Shown here one piece after another: positions 37,314 through 45,402 of a stretch of DNA of 64,000 nt; the first letter of the stretch is position 1, and each line of letters begins with the position of its first letter. A program made the translations under genes and the position numbers. The notes below the pieces were generated by a model. It saw nothing but the letters and a program-made list of their open reading frames with translations. It searched no databases and was not told the origin of the DNA. The DNA is from a virus (Duplodnaviria > Heunggongvirae > Uroviricota > Caudoviricetes). The stretch lies in IMG/VR virus record IMGVR_UViG_2841729706_000003, positions 41,668 to 105,667 of that record; one strand, given 5' to 3'.

Positions 37314-39695
37314 TCACGCCACCCAAACCAGCCGCTTTGACGGCCTGCCCAACTTGTTGTCATTCGACGCCAGAACCACGCTGCCTGCCTTCGTAAGATC
37401 CTCAAGAATCTCCTTTCGCTGCCATCCATCTATAGCCTTGCACCGGTCGAATAAGCGGCCTTCCGCAATGCCCTTGTTCCCTGCCTTTCTAATCAAGCCG
37501 GCAATCTTCTTATAGTTGGCCTCGCGCTGGTTATCGGCCAGCCGTTCGCCCACCTCGGCAAGCATGGCTGCGGCACATGTCCACGCCACGGCTGCGGCCC
37601 ATTCGAACGTCGCTTCCGTGATTACCGGTTCTTTGGGGTCTATACCCACGGCAACAATCATGGCGAGCTTGATAGCGTTTTCCACTATGCGCCGCATGAA
37701 CGGCCTGGCCTCTGGCGCGGCAGCAGCTTCGTTGGCGTCAATAGTCTCCTTGACCGCTCGGAAGATTCCTTTAGCGTCGTCAGTCCATTCCACGATATGC
37801 GGCTTATTCTCCTTCCAATCGGCGACCACCTTCATACCTGGCTTCGTCAAATTTCCCCGCTTAGCTGCAACGTTTATGCCAGCCACGTCAGCCATTCGCT
37901 CCATAAGCAACGTTGGCACGTCGCGCACGTCCCTGGACGGCTTCACTACCGCTGGCTTTGCCCCGGTGACGTGAAATAGTATCAGGCGGGGCAGAAGCCC
38001 GTCCTCGGCACTCGCTGATGACAGGGCGGACCAGAATTGATCTGGCGTTGACGTGCCGTGAATGCAAAGGTTCGGGTTGTAGATTCGCTTGGGTGGAGTC
38101 CCGCGATAGGCCGCGCCTTCGAAGAACGTCGAGCTGGCGCTGTAGTAATCGCGCAAGTCGGTCGAGATTGCCCGTTGGTGGCTGCCCGCCTTTCGATCGG
38201 TGATGTCCCTCACGAAGCCGCCGAACTCGTCTATCTGGCAATTGACGGACGAGTGGCTTTCCAAAACCTCACGTAGTGCCGACGCCGACATGATGCGTGC
38301 GGGGCCGCTGTATGCATCAAATACGCCGTGATCCGACATGAGGATGCGCTTGATCTGGCTTCGGGCGTGCTCCTTGCCGAAACCGGATTCCGCCAGAGCC
38401 ACGGTGTAGATGTTGGGGCGCGTGTCCCTGCTTCCCGTACTGTAGCGAGATCCTGCCAGCGACGCGACAAGAGGCAGCACGGCGGCCAAAGCCAAGGCTC
38501 GTGAAGGCTGTTCGGCCGACGATGTAATCCAGTTGATAAGGTCTTCAACCAAACCGCTGGGGTACGTAAGGCTTTCAATGTCGGCGACAGCCTCGAGCTT
38601 GTATTCCGGGATGTCGTCTTCTTCTGGGTGGGTATCGGTGGATGCGTCTTCCGTTGTGGCAATCACGGTAGCCTGTTGTGCCTTCTTACGCATGCTGTTC
38701 TCAATAAGGGCGCGTGTATCCATAGCGCCCCATCCGGCCATGTTGTCTTCTCGCTCTGGAATGACGCGCGGTTTTTTGATGCCGGCATCCAGGCCGCGCC
38801 TGATCTTGGCTCGAATTTCCTTCTCCCCATCCTTGGCGACAACACCGTTGGCATATGCCGCGTCGAGCAAGCCTATTTCGGCCTCACTTCGGCTAAGCGC
38901 GCCCGCGCCGATAAGTGTTCCAAGTGAGAACGCGGACTTGTTCACTTGCTCGCCGCGCTCACCCTGCCCTGTCGTGGCAAGCAAGTTTAGCTCCGCCTCA
39001 ACGGCACGCTCAACGTACACGTCATTGTCACCGAACGAATAGGTGTAGTCAGATGGGGCTTGCTGTACGTGTGCAGGCGGGCAAACGAGTGCCAACAACC
39101 ATGAAGGAGCGTCGGCAAGTGGCGGCAGACCTTCGCCGTCGTAGTCTAACCATACATACTCCTTGCCCTCTGCCGTGACGCTTCCGGGCATGATGACATA
39201 CCCACCACTTCCTCGCACGTCGAGACCTGGGCCAAGACCACCTCGGTTGCGAACACCTGGCGCGTACTTAAAATACCGATGCTCCCCGCCACCAGCAGTT
39301 TTTGCCGTGGCTGTTTCTGGCAGTGTGCCGTACTTTTCCTCCAATGCAGAAAGCGATTCATAACCGTTGATGATGTTGCCATCATCGTCTTTGTGCACAT
39401 CCACATCGAGCACCCAAGCACCCATTTGCTCCCCGGTTGGGGCGCCAATCATCGCGCCGGGGTTGCGTTCCCATAGAATGGTGACATTGCGCGTGTTTTT
39501 GGTCGCACCCTTAAATCCATTCGAGACAAGCGGCGTCTTGGCTTTCAAAACCACGATCTCGCCAGTCTCGCGGTCGTGTTCTTCGGTAATCTCGTCAGCT
39601 GCCCTGCACGGGAAAACAGGTATTCCGGCTGCCACATAGGATAGTGCTAGTTGTGCGTCGTTCATTTTGACTCCAGAATTATTCGCTTTACACAA
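37314..39695 (-). CDS. Bifunctional primase-polymerase (PrimPol N-domain) with P4/D5-type C-terminal region
   Basis: N-terminal ...GIPVFPC...GFKGATKN...LDVDVH...GGGEHRYF...GSGGYVIMPGS archaeo-eukaryotic primase-type motifs; 793 aa. Confidence 0.6.
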   Translation of the reverse strand: MCKANNSGVKMNDAQLALSYVAAGIPVFPCRAADEITEEHDRETGEIVVLKAKTPLVSNGFKGATKNTRNVTILWERNPGAMIGAPTGEQMGAWVLDVDVHKDDDGNIINGYESLSALEEKYGTLPETATAKTAGGGEHRYFKYAPGVRNRGGLGPGLDVRGSGGYVIMPGSVTAEGKEYVWLDYDGEGLPPLADAPSWLLALVCPPAHVQQAPSDYTYSFGDNDVYVERAVEAELNLLATTGQGERGEQVNKSAFSLGTLIGAGALSRSEAEIGLLDAAYANGVVAKDGEKEIRAKIRRGLDAGIKKPRVIPEREDNMAGWGAMDTRALIENSMRKKAQQATVIATTEDASTDTHPEEDDIPEYKLEAVADIESLTYPSGLVEDLINWITSSAEQPSRALALAAVLPLVASLAGSRYSTGSRDTRPNIYTVALAESGFGKEHARSQIKRILMSDHGVFDAYSGPARIMSASALREVLESHSSVNCQIDEFGGFVRDITDRKAGSHQRAISTDLRDYYSASSTFFEGAAYRGTPPKRIYNPNLCIHGTSTPDQFWSALSSASAEDGLLPRLILFHVTGAKPAVVKPSRDVRDVPTLLMERMADVAGINVAAKRGNLTKPGMKVVADWKENKPHIVEWTDDAKGIFRAVKETIDANEAAAAPEARPFMRRIVENAIKLAMIVAVGIDPKEPVITEATFEWAAAVAWTCAAAMLAEVGERLADNQREANYKKIAGLIRKAGNKGIAEGRLFDRCKAIDGWQRKEILEDLTKAGSVVLASNDNKLGRPSKRLVWVA

Positions 39696-39742
39696 CAGTG
39701 TGTATTGTGTATAAGTGTGTATATCAACTAAGGACTTCGAAA

Positions 39743-39952
39743 ATGGCCCCGAAACGCAACCCCATGAAGCCCCGCGAAATCGTCAAGATGCTCCGCGCGG
39801 ACGGATGGGAGATTAAGCGTAAGGGTCCGGGGGATCATGTGCAGTACGCGCACCCCACTAAGCCCGGTAAGGTCACGGTGGACATGGGCGTCACGGAATT
39901 TCCGACTAAGACGCTTAAGTCGATCTTCACACAGGCGGGATGGGACTGGTAA
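39743..39952 (+). CDS. hicA: HicA toxin (mRNA interferase)
   Basis: KPREIVKMLRADGWEIKRKGPGDHVQYAHPTKPGKVTV matches the HicA/YcfA G-x-H-x4-HP signature. Confidence 0.6.
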   Translation: MAPKRNPMKPREIVKMLRADGWEIKRKGPGDHVQYAHPTKPGKVTVDMGVTEFPTKTLKSIFTQAGWDW

Positions 39953-39989
39953 GTCCCATCTTCCCGTCGGCTAACCAAGGAGACAGAGA

Positions 39990-40517
39990 ATGCCATTGGC
40001 TTATGCTCTCATTCACGAGGAAGGTGGCAGTTTTGGAATCTCGTTTCCGGATTTTCCTGGCTGCATCTCTGGCGGGTCTACGGCCGAAGAGGCAATCAGG
40101 CGCGGGAGCGAGGCGCTAAGTTTCCATGCGGCTGGAATGGTCGAGGACGGCGATGCGCTTCCAATGCTGCGGTCTCTTAGCGAACTTCAAAGCGATGCTG
40201 CATTTTCGGAAATGGCGCGTGACGGTGTCCTTGCTATGGTACCGTTCGAAATTCCCGGCAAGTCGGTTCGAATCAACATCTCCATGGACGAACATCTAAT
40301 CGAGATGATCGACCGAGCCGCGGCGGCATCCGGAAAGAGCCGATCAGGGTTTCTTGCCCATGCCGCCAGATCGACCCTCACGCTTGGTGATGTAAGCAAT
40401 GAGGTGATCAAGTCGGGCGGATCGTCTCGCACAACTATAGTTCGCGATGCAACAAGTGGAAAATTCGAGACCATCAGCCCTCGGTCAAAACGCGTTGCGG
40501 AAAAAAAGAAGGCTTAG
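39990..40517 (+). CDS. hicB: HicB antitoxin (N-terminal UPF0150 fold plus C-terminal ribbon-helix-helix)
   Basis: MPLAYALIHEEGGSFGISFPDFPGCISGGSTAEEAIRRGSEAL plus C-terminal RINISMDEHLIEMIDRAAAASGKSRSGFLAHAAR. Confidence 0.6.
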   Translation: MPLAYALIHEEGGSFGISFPDFPGCISGGSTAEEAIRRGSEALSFHAAGMVEDGDALPMLRSLSELQSDAAFSEMARDGVLAMVPFEIPGKSVRINISMDEHLIEMIDRAAAASGKSRSGFLAHAARSTLTLGDVSNEVIKSGGSSRTTIVRDATSGKFETISPRSKRVAEKKKA

Positions 40518-40523
40518 CTGCTG

Positions 40524-40850
40524 TCAGAAAGGCGCCTGGTCATCTCGAATAAGCGATCGCATCCGATCGGCGCAGCCCTGCCAGACTGTGCCGACGAATA
40601 TGAGCACTTGTTCCTCGCTCCATGCTGACAAGTCCGGCCCATACTCTTCAACGAGTGGGCCGGCCGCTTCCACGCCGCCCTCTCGAGCTTTGAGCTCGTA
40701 TGGCGTCCTCCTGCGGACGTTCTTGATGTACTCCATGATTGGTAGGCACTCCGCACATAGGTATTGTGGATCGCGAGTTGGGTTGCCGATTCCGACACCG
40801 ATGGCGTGCCGTGTGCACCAGTAGCAATCGGCCGGGTCGTGGGCGCTCAT
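40524..40850 (-). CDS. Hypothetical protein
   Basis: 108-aa ORF, 4-nt overlap with the methyltransferase gene. Confidence 0.3.
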   Translation of the reverse strand: MSAHDPADCYWCTRHAIGVGIGNPTRDPQYLCAECLPIMEYIKNVRRRTPYELKAREGGVEAAGPLVEEYGPDLSAWSEEQVLIFVGTVWQGCADRMRSLIRDDQAPF

Positions 40851-42052
40851 GCTGCGACTCCGAAGAGCGGAAGGTTGTCATTGGTTGCCTGCTTCACTTG
40901 CGGGGCGACGCGCCACTCGGTTTCGATCCGACGGCGTGCCATGGCGGCATATTCAGGATTGAGTTCGATCAAAGAGGCGCGCCGCCCGTGACGCAGGGCG
41001 ACGAGTGCCGTGGTCCCTGCTCCACCGAATGGATCGAGCACGAGGCCACCCTTCGGACATCCGGCGAGAATGCAGCGCTCGGCGAGTTCTGGCGGGAAGG
41101 TCGCGAAATGGGCATCGGAGAACGGTTGGGTTGCGATATTCCAGACGCTTGCCGGTGCCGGCTCGTAATTGCGAAGGTTGCGACCAAAGCCGCGAAGTGT
41201 GGCCTCGATGCCTGTGTGGTTGATCTGCCCGGCATGGCGTGGACTGGCGACATCCGACGCTCTGATCTTTTCCTTGGCATCCCACCGATCGTTGAAGCCA
41301 GCCATACGCCGGCCTGACGATGCGCCGACGGCTGCGGCACTGGCAGCAGTCTGCGCTTGTTTTTGACGAGGGCCGCCAACTGCCTTCATGGTGCCATTGA
41401 TTTTCGCTCCACCGTTTGCTCGGTGCGAACCTTCCTGGCTCTCGACATCCTGCGACCAGCGACTGATGCTGGCCTCTGCTGATGGCTGCCGGACCGCCTC
41501 GGCGTCATAAAAGTACCGCGCTGATTTCGAGAGCATGAATATCTTCTCATGCGAGGTCGCCGGCCGGTCGCGGATGCTCTCCGGCATCGGGTTCGGCTTA
41601 GCCCAGACGATCTCGCTGCGGATCCACCAGCCGGCCTCTTGCAGCGCTATCGCGAGCCGGTTCGGCACCATGCAAAGGTCTTTAGCCTTGAGGACGCCGC
41701 CGATGGTCGAGAACGGCTTGTCACGAAATGTTCGGTCGTCGTTGCCCGTTGCCTTTGTGTCCGCCGCAGAGCGACCGTTCGGGCTTGTGGCGTAGCAGTC
41801 GCCGTAGTTGATCCACAGCGTACCAGTCGGCTTGAGAACCCGCTTCACAGCCTCGAATACGCGAACCATGACGTCGAGGTGTTCGCCGAGCGTCGGCTCA
41901 AGGCCTATCTGTCCGTCGACGCCATAGTCCCGCAGCCCCCAATATGGTGGGCTCGTTACGACACAGTCGACGGAATCAGGAGACATCTCTCCGAGCATTG
42001 TAAATACGTCACCAATCAGCAACTCAACCTTGCCGTCCAAAAATACGGGCAT
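40847..42052 (-). CDS. DNA methyltransferase (beta-class N4/N6 MTase; SPPY motif)
   Basis: VVTSPPYWGLRDYG catalytic motif and a downstream AdoMet-binding region ...LVLDPFGGAGTT...; no adjacent restriction gene recognised. Confidence 0.6.
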   Translation of the reverse strand: MPVFLDGKVELLIGDVFTMLGEMSPDSVDCVVTSPPYWGLRDYGVDGQIGLEPTLGEHLDVMVRVFEAVKRVLKPTGTLWINYGDCYATSPNGRSAADTKATGNDDRTFRDKPFSTIGGVLKAKDLCMVPNRLAIALQEAGWWIRSEIVWAKPNPMPESIRDRPATSHEKIFMLSKSARYFYDAEAVRQPSAEASISRWSQDVESQEGSHRANGGAKINGTMKAVGGPRQKQAQTAASAAAVGASSGRRMAGFNDRWDAKEKIRASDVASPRHAGQINHTGIEATLRGFGRNLRNYEPAPASVWNIATQPFSDAHFATFPPELAERCILAGCPKGGLVLDPFGGAGTTALVALRHGRRASLIELNPEYAAMARRRIETEWRVAPQVKQATNDNLPLFGVAA

Positions 42053-42136
42053 TCAAAATCTCCTCTATGCCGATGTTTTTCGGCGTGGTGCCGCGCAGTT
42101 GGTGTCTGGGCGGGTGGTGTGTGGCCGCCGATGGCG

Positions 42137-42463
42137 CTACGCGGCAAGCGGGCGGATGTAGCGGTAAGCGGTTACGATGCCCAAAAAGCAGTCACGCTTC
42201 ACTTCGGTGGTGAAACCTTCTGGAGCGGGCGGAGGGTCTGTGTAGCCGATGCTAACCCAGTCTTCTTGTTGCTCGGCAACAAGAACAGGAAACCAGTCGT
42301 CGTAAGTTCCAACCCTCGCTTTCCCGTCTGCGCCGTATTCCCAACCGCACTCACACTGGTAGTTGCCGGCAATGTAGAGACCAACGCCTACGTCAACGGA
42401 GTCGGATTCTGCTTGCTTGCCGCATTCGGCGCACGGCATGAATTGGTCGCCGTGGTTGCTCAT
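42137..42463 (-). CDS. Small Cys-rich (zinc-ribbon-like) protein
   Basis: From Met MSNHGDQFMPCAECGKQ...YQCECGWEYG. Confidence 0.3.
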   Translation of the reverse strand: MSNHGDQFMPCAECGKQAESDSVDVGVGLYIAGNYQCECGWEYGADGKARVGTYDDWFPVLVAEQQEDWVSIGYTDPPPAPEGFTTEVKRDCFLGIVTAYRYIRPLAA

Positions 42464-42650
42464 GCGGCCAAATCCGGCACTCGGATGCACACGAGATCGG
42501 CGCGTCGATTGTTCGCCTCATCAAACGTGTAGAAGACTCCGGAGCAGACACGCGTGCGCGGCCCTTCGCTGGTGTCATATGTTTCGATCAGCCTGTACGG
42601 TCGAGTTGTTTCAGGAAACTCCTGTTTTACGATCGCTATGTTAGAGGCCA

Positions 42651-43160
42651 TCAAGCCACCCTCACGGTAAGCGTTTCGCCGCCCGTCTTCAGTTCGGCAC
42701 CGCGGACTTTCTTTCCGGCATCGAACGCCGCCTTGATTGCGGTCTTGTCGGGTGACGTTGTAACTTTCACGAACTTCTTAGGCAGTGCGGTCTCGTCGGT
42801 AACCTCGACGCTGTCCCTGCCCTTCGATACCGACACTGTGGCCTCGACAAGCGGCGCCTTCTTGATTCCTGCCGCCTTCATAATGCGAAGCATCAACGTT
42901 CGCATCGCATCCTTGCGCTTGTCCGCTCGCGCTTTCCGAGCTTGCAATTCTGCCACTCGGCCGGCAACGGCTTTGGCCATACTGTCGGCGTCCCGCTCTA
43001 TCGACACAAGGCGCGTTAAGACATCGAATGCCGCCGTGGACCCTTCCAGCATATCGGCGCGCAACTGCTCGTCCTCAGCCAATTCGGGGAAGGCTTCGAA
43101 CAGGCCGTGAATTTCGGCTTCGAGGTTAGCCACGTCTACGGCCAGGAAGTTGTCGTTCAT
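42651..43160 (-). CDS. Siphovirus Gp157-like protein
   Basis: 169 aa with length and coiled-coil pattern like the Sipho_Gp157 family; family assignment from memory. Preceded by CACCACTGAGGAG TIR motif. Confidence 0.4.
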   Translation of the reverse strand: MNDNFLAVDVANLEAEIHGLFEAFPELAEDEQLRADMLEGSTAAFDVLTRLVSIERDADSMAKAVAGRVAELQARKARADKRKDAMRTLMLRIMKAAGIKKAPLVEATVSVSKGRDSVEVTDETALPKKFVKVTTSPDKTAIKAAFDAGKKVRGAELKTGGETLTVRVA

Positions 43161-43210
43161 GTCTTCTCCTCAGTGGTGACCCGCTTGGTAGACGGGTTGT
43201 GGTGTGGTGG

Positions 43211-44323
43211 TTAGGCTACCCAACGTGCGCCGTGCAATGCGCGGCTTTCGTCGACCTTCGTCTGGCTGGTGGTGTTTGCAGCGATGCGAGCGCGGATGAC
43301 TTCGCGCGCCTCTTGGCCTGCGCGGACCATGAAGGCAGGTGACCGTAGATCAACAGGCAAGCGTGGGATGGCCTGAAGCGCAAAGTCTTTCTGTGGGAGA
43401 TTACTGTTCGCTGCCACGAAGTCGGCAAGGTCGTCGGCTCGACGCTTCACACCAGCCTCAACCGATGCCGCATATTCTCGCGCCGCATCGGCGTCAGCTT
43501 CATCAAGCAGCGGCAAGACGTCATCCAGGCCACCTGACAGAACAAGCGCTAGGATGTTCTTTTCCTGCAATATACTGTCTTTGGCGCGGTGTTTCAGAAC
43601 ATAGTCTTCGCCCTTTGCCTTAACCATCGTGCCGTCCTCGAATCGGACAACAAATCCCTCGGCGCCCTGTATTGCTCTGGCGTAGGCGAGGAATTCTGTG
43701 GCTGTGGTGTGTTGGGGCGTGTGGTGCTCGACCAAATCAATGCACGATTCACGAGAGAATGCCCATTGGAGTGAAGTTGGCAGATACTCGCCAGACGCGT
43801 TCTTTCGGATGGCAAGAAGAGTAAGGTCACTACGATCGTAGCGAACCACAATGCGGTTATCCGGAGCCGTCCACTCAAAGATTGGTGTCGCGCCGGCCTC
43901 CAACATGGCGTGACAGGCGTTTCGAAGCTTGGAAGTGATATGCCGCTCCGCCCTAACCGCATGATCGGTTCGCCCCATGCGCGTCATGAAGACCACTTCG
44001 CCATTGACGATCGCAGGATGGATCATCGAGCCGTCAAGCTTCTCCATGATTGTGTGCGGCCGACTGAAATCCAGAACATGAGGCTGCGTTTCTGGCCGCT
44101 CTCCGACGTTGAAGAATTTGTGAAACGGGCGAGCCAAAATTCTGCCATCGGGCGCAAACTTGATGCCGCGGCATTCTAACCGAGCCGGGTGGTCGAAGCT
44201 GTCAGGCAACGCGTAAACGTAGTCGATGACAGTGTAATCGCCCTTGTCGGCGACTACGAACTCCTGCCTGCCGTCGAGGTGCGGAAGAACATCGTCAATG
44301 TGGTTGATGCGGAAGTGGGTCAT
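43211..44323 (-). CDS. RNA ligase, Rnl1-like nucleotidyltransferase
   Basis: Motif I MEKLDGSM (KxDG), motif IV EGFVVRFEDG, motif V VLKHRAKD; about 370 aa from Met MTHFRINH; overlaps the end of the kinase-phosphatase gene. Confidence 0.55.
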   Translation of the reverse strand: MTHFRINHIDDVLPHLDGRQEFVVADKGDYTVIDYVYALPDSFDHPARLECRGIKFAPDGRILARPFHKFFNVGERPETQPHVLDFSRPHTIMEKLDGSMIHPAIVNGEVVFMTRMGRTDHAVRAERHITSKLRNACHAMLEAGATPIFEWTAPDNRIVVRYDRSDLTLLAIRKNASGEYLPTSLQWAFSRESCIDLVEHHTPQHTTATEFLAYARAIQGAEGFVVRFEDGTMVKAKGEDYVLKHRAKDSILQEKNILALVLSGGLDDVLPLLDEADADAAREYAASVEAGVKRRADDLADFVAANSNLPQKDFALQAIPRLPVDLRSPAFMVRAGQEAREVIRARIAANTTSQTKVDESRALHGARWVA

Positions 44324-45255
44324 GCAGCCTCTCTCCACTCGCCAACGCGCATATCCACGACCGAAACATTCGGCAGGCCATCACCCGCAAGAATGTCACG
44401 CAAGGCGGACTGCATGCGCTCGTGGTGCACTTCGACCAGCGTCTTATCGCCGATCAACACTTCGTTGCGCCAGCCAGCCGTCGCCTTCTTGTCGGCAAGC
44501 GGTCGATCGACAACAACATAGGAAATGGCAGAACCGACTGGCGCCAGCGACACGCACGCCAAACGGTCCCGCCTGCGAAGGTTGGTGGCGTCGATGCATA
44601 CCGAAAGCCCGCTATCGAGCCGAGCCTTTGCGATTCGATGCAGGGCAGTGAAAACGTCTTCGTTTCGCGACTGGTCTTGAAAATTGCCAGTATATTCGGC
44701 ACGGAGATCGTCGCTCGAAATGTATCCTGGCAAGCCCTTAGCGTATTTGGTCTTGCCCGCTCCGCTCGGACCCACCATCAAGGTCAAGAGCGAGCCGTCA
44801 TGAACAGGCGGAATTATCCGCCCTTCGTCCTCCCAGTTGGCGACAACCTGAAAGCAGGGAATCCCTTCTGCCCGCCACATATCGACCACGCGCTGCCGAT
44901 CGTCGTAAACGAGGTCAGGCCGCCCGTGTTCCTGCGACAACCAGTAGCGCTTCAGAACAGCGTCTGGCGTGCTGTCTCCTGCTGCCCGCATGTGCTGCAG
45001 GTAGCAAGGGTCAATGCCCATATCGGAAAGCCAGTTTTCGGTTTCGGCTCGAACGACGTCGCTGCGGGCCGACCAAATGCGAACTTTGTGGCCAGCGCGG
45101 AGGTGTGCGTGAAACGTCTCGATGACGTGAGAAACGCCACGATCAAAGACGCATTCACGGAAGAACGCCGCCCAATCTTTCTTGCCGCCGCGGACGTGGT
45201 GCACGCGATGGCCGATATCGGCAATAGTGCCGTCTAAGTCAAAAATGACGAACAC
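44320..45255 (-). CDS. Polynucleotide 3'-phosphatase / 5'-kinase (Pnkp) with HAD phosphatase N-terminal and P-loop kinase C-terminal
   Basis: HAD motif I FDLDGT, motif IV VYDDRQRVV, and Walker A GPSGAGKT in the C-terminal half; GTG start after CACCACCTGAGGAG. Confidence 0.6.
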   Translation of the reverse strand: MFVIFDLDGTIADIGHRVHHVRGGKKDWAAFFRECVFDRGVSHVIETFHAHLRAGHKVRIWSARSDVVRAETENWLSDMGIDPCYLQHMRAAGDSTPDAVLKRYWLSQEHGRPDLVYDDRQRVVDMWRAEGIPCFQVVANWEDEGRIIPPVHDGSLLTLMVGPSGAGKTKYAKGLPGYISSDDLRAEYTGNFQDQSRNEDVFTALHRIAKARLDSGLSVCIDATNLRRRDRLACVSLAPVGSAISYVVVDRPLADKKATAGWRNEVLIGDKTLVEVHHERMQSALRDILAGDGLPNVSVVDMRVGEWREAA

Positions 45256-45402
45256 GCTAAATCTCCTCAGGTGGTGAATCCGGATTGGTAGTCCGAATTT
45301 GTTAGATTTGTTATCTTTGTTGGATTCGTAGCGTCAAGTCAAGCGCTGGCCTGCCTTTTGCCGAGAAAAGAATAGGGACACACCGTTTGTTACAACAGCA
45401 GG

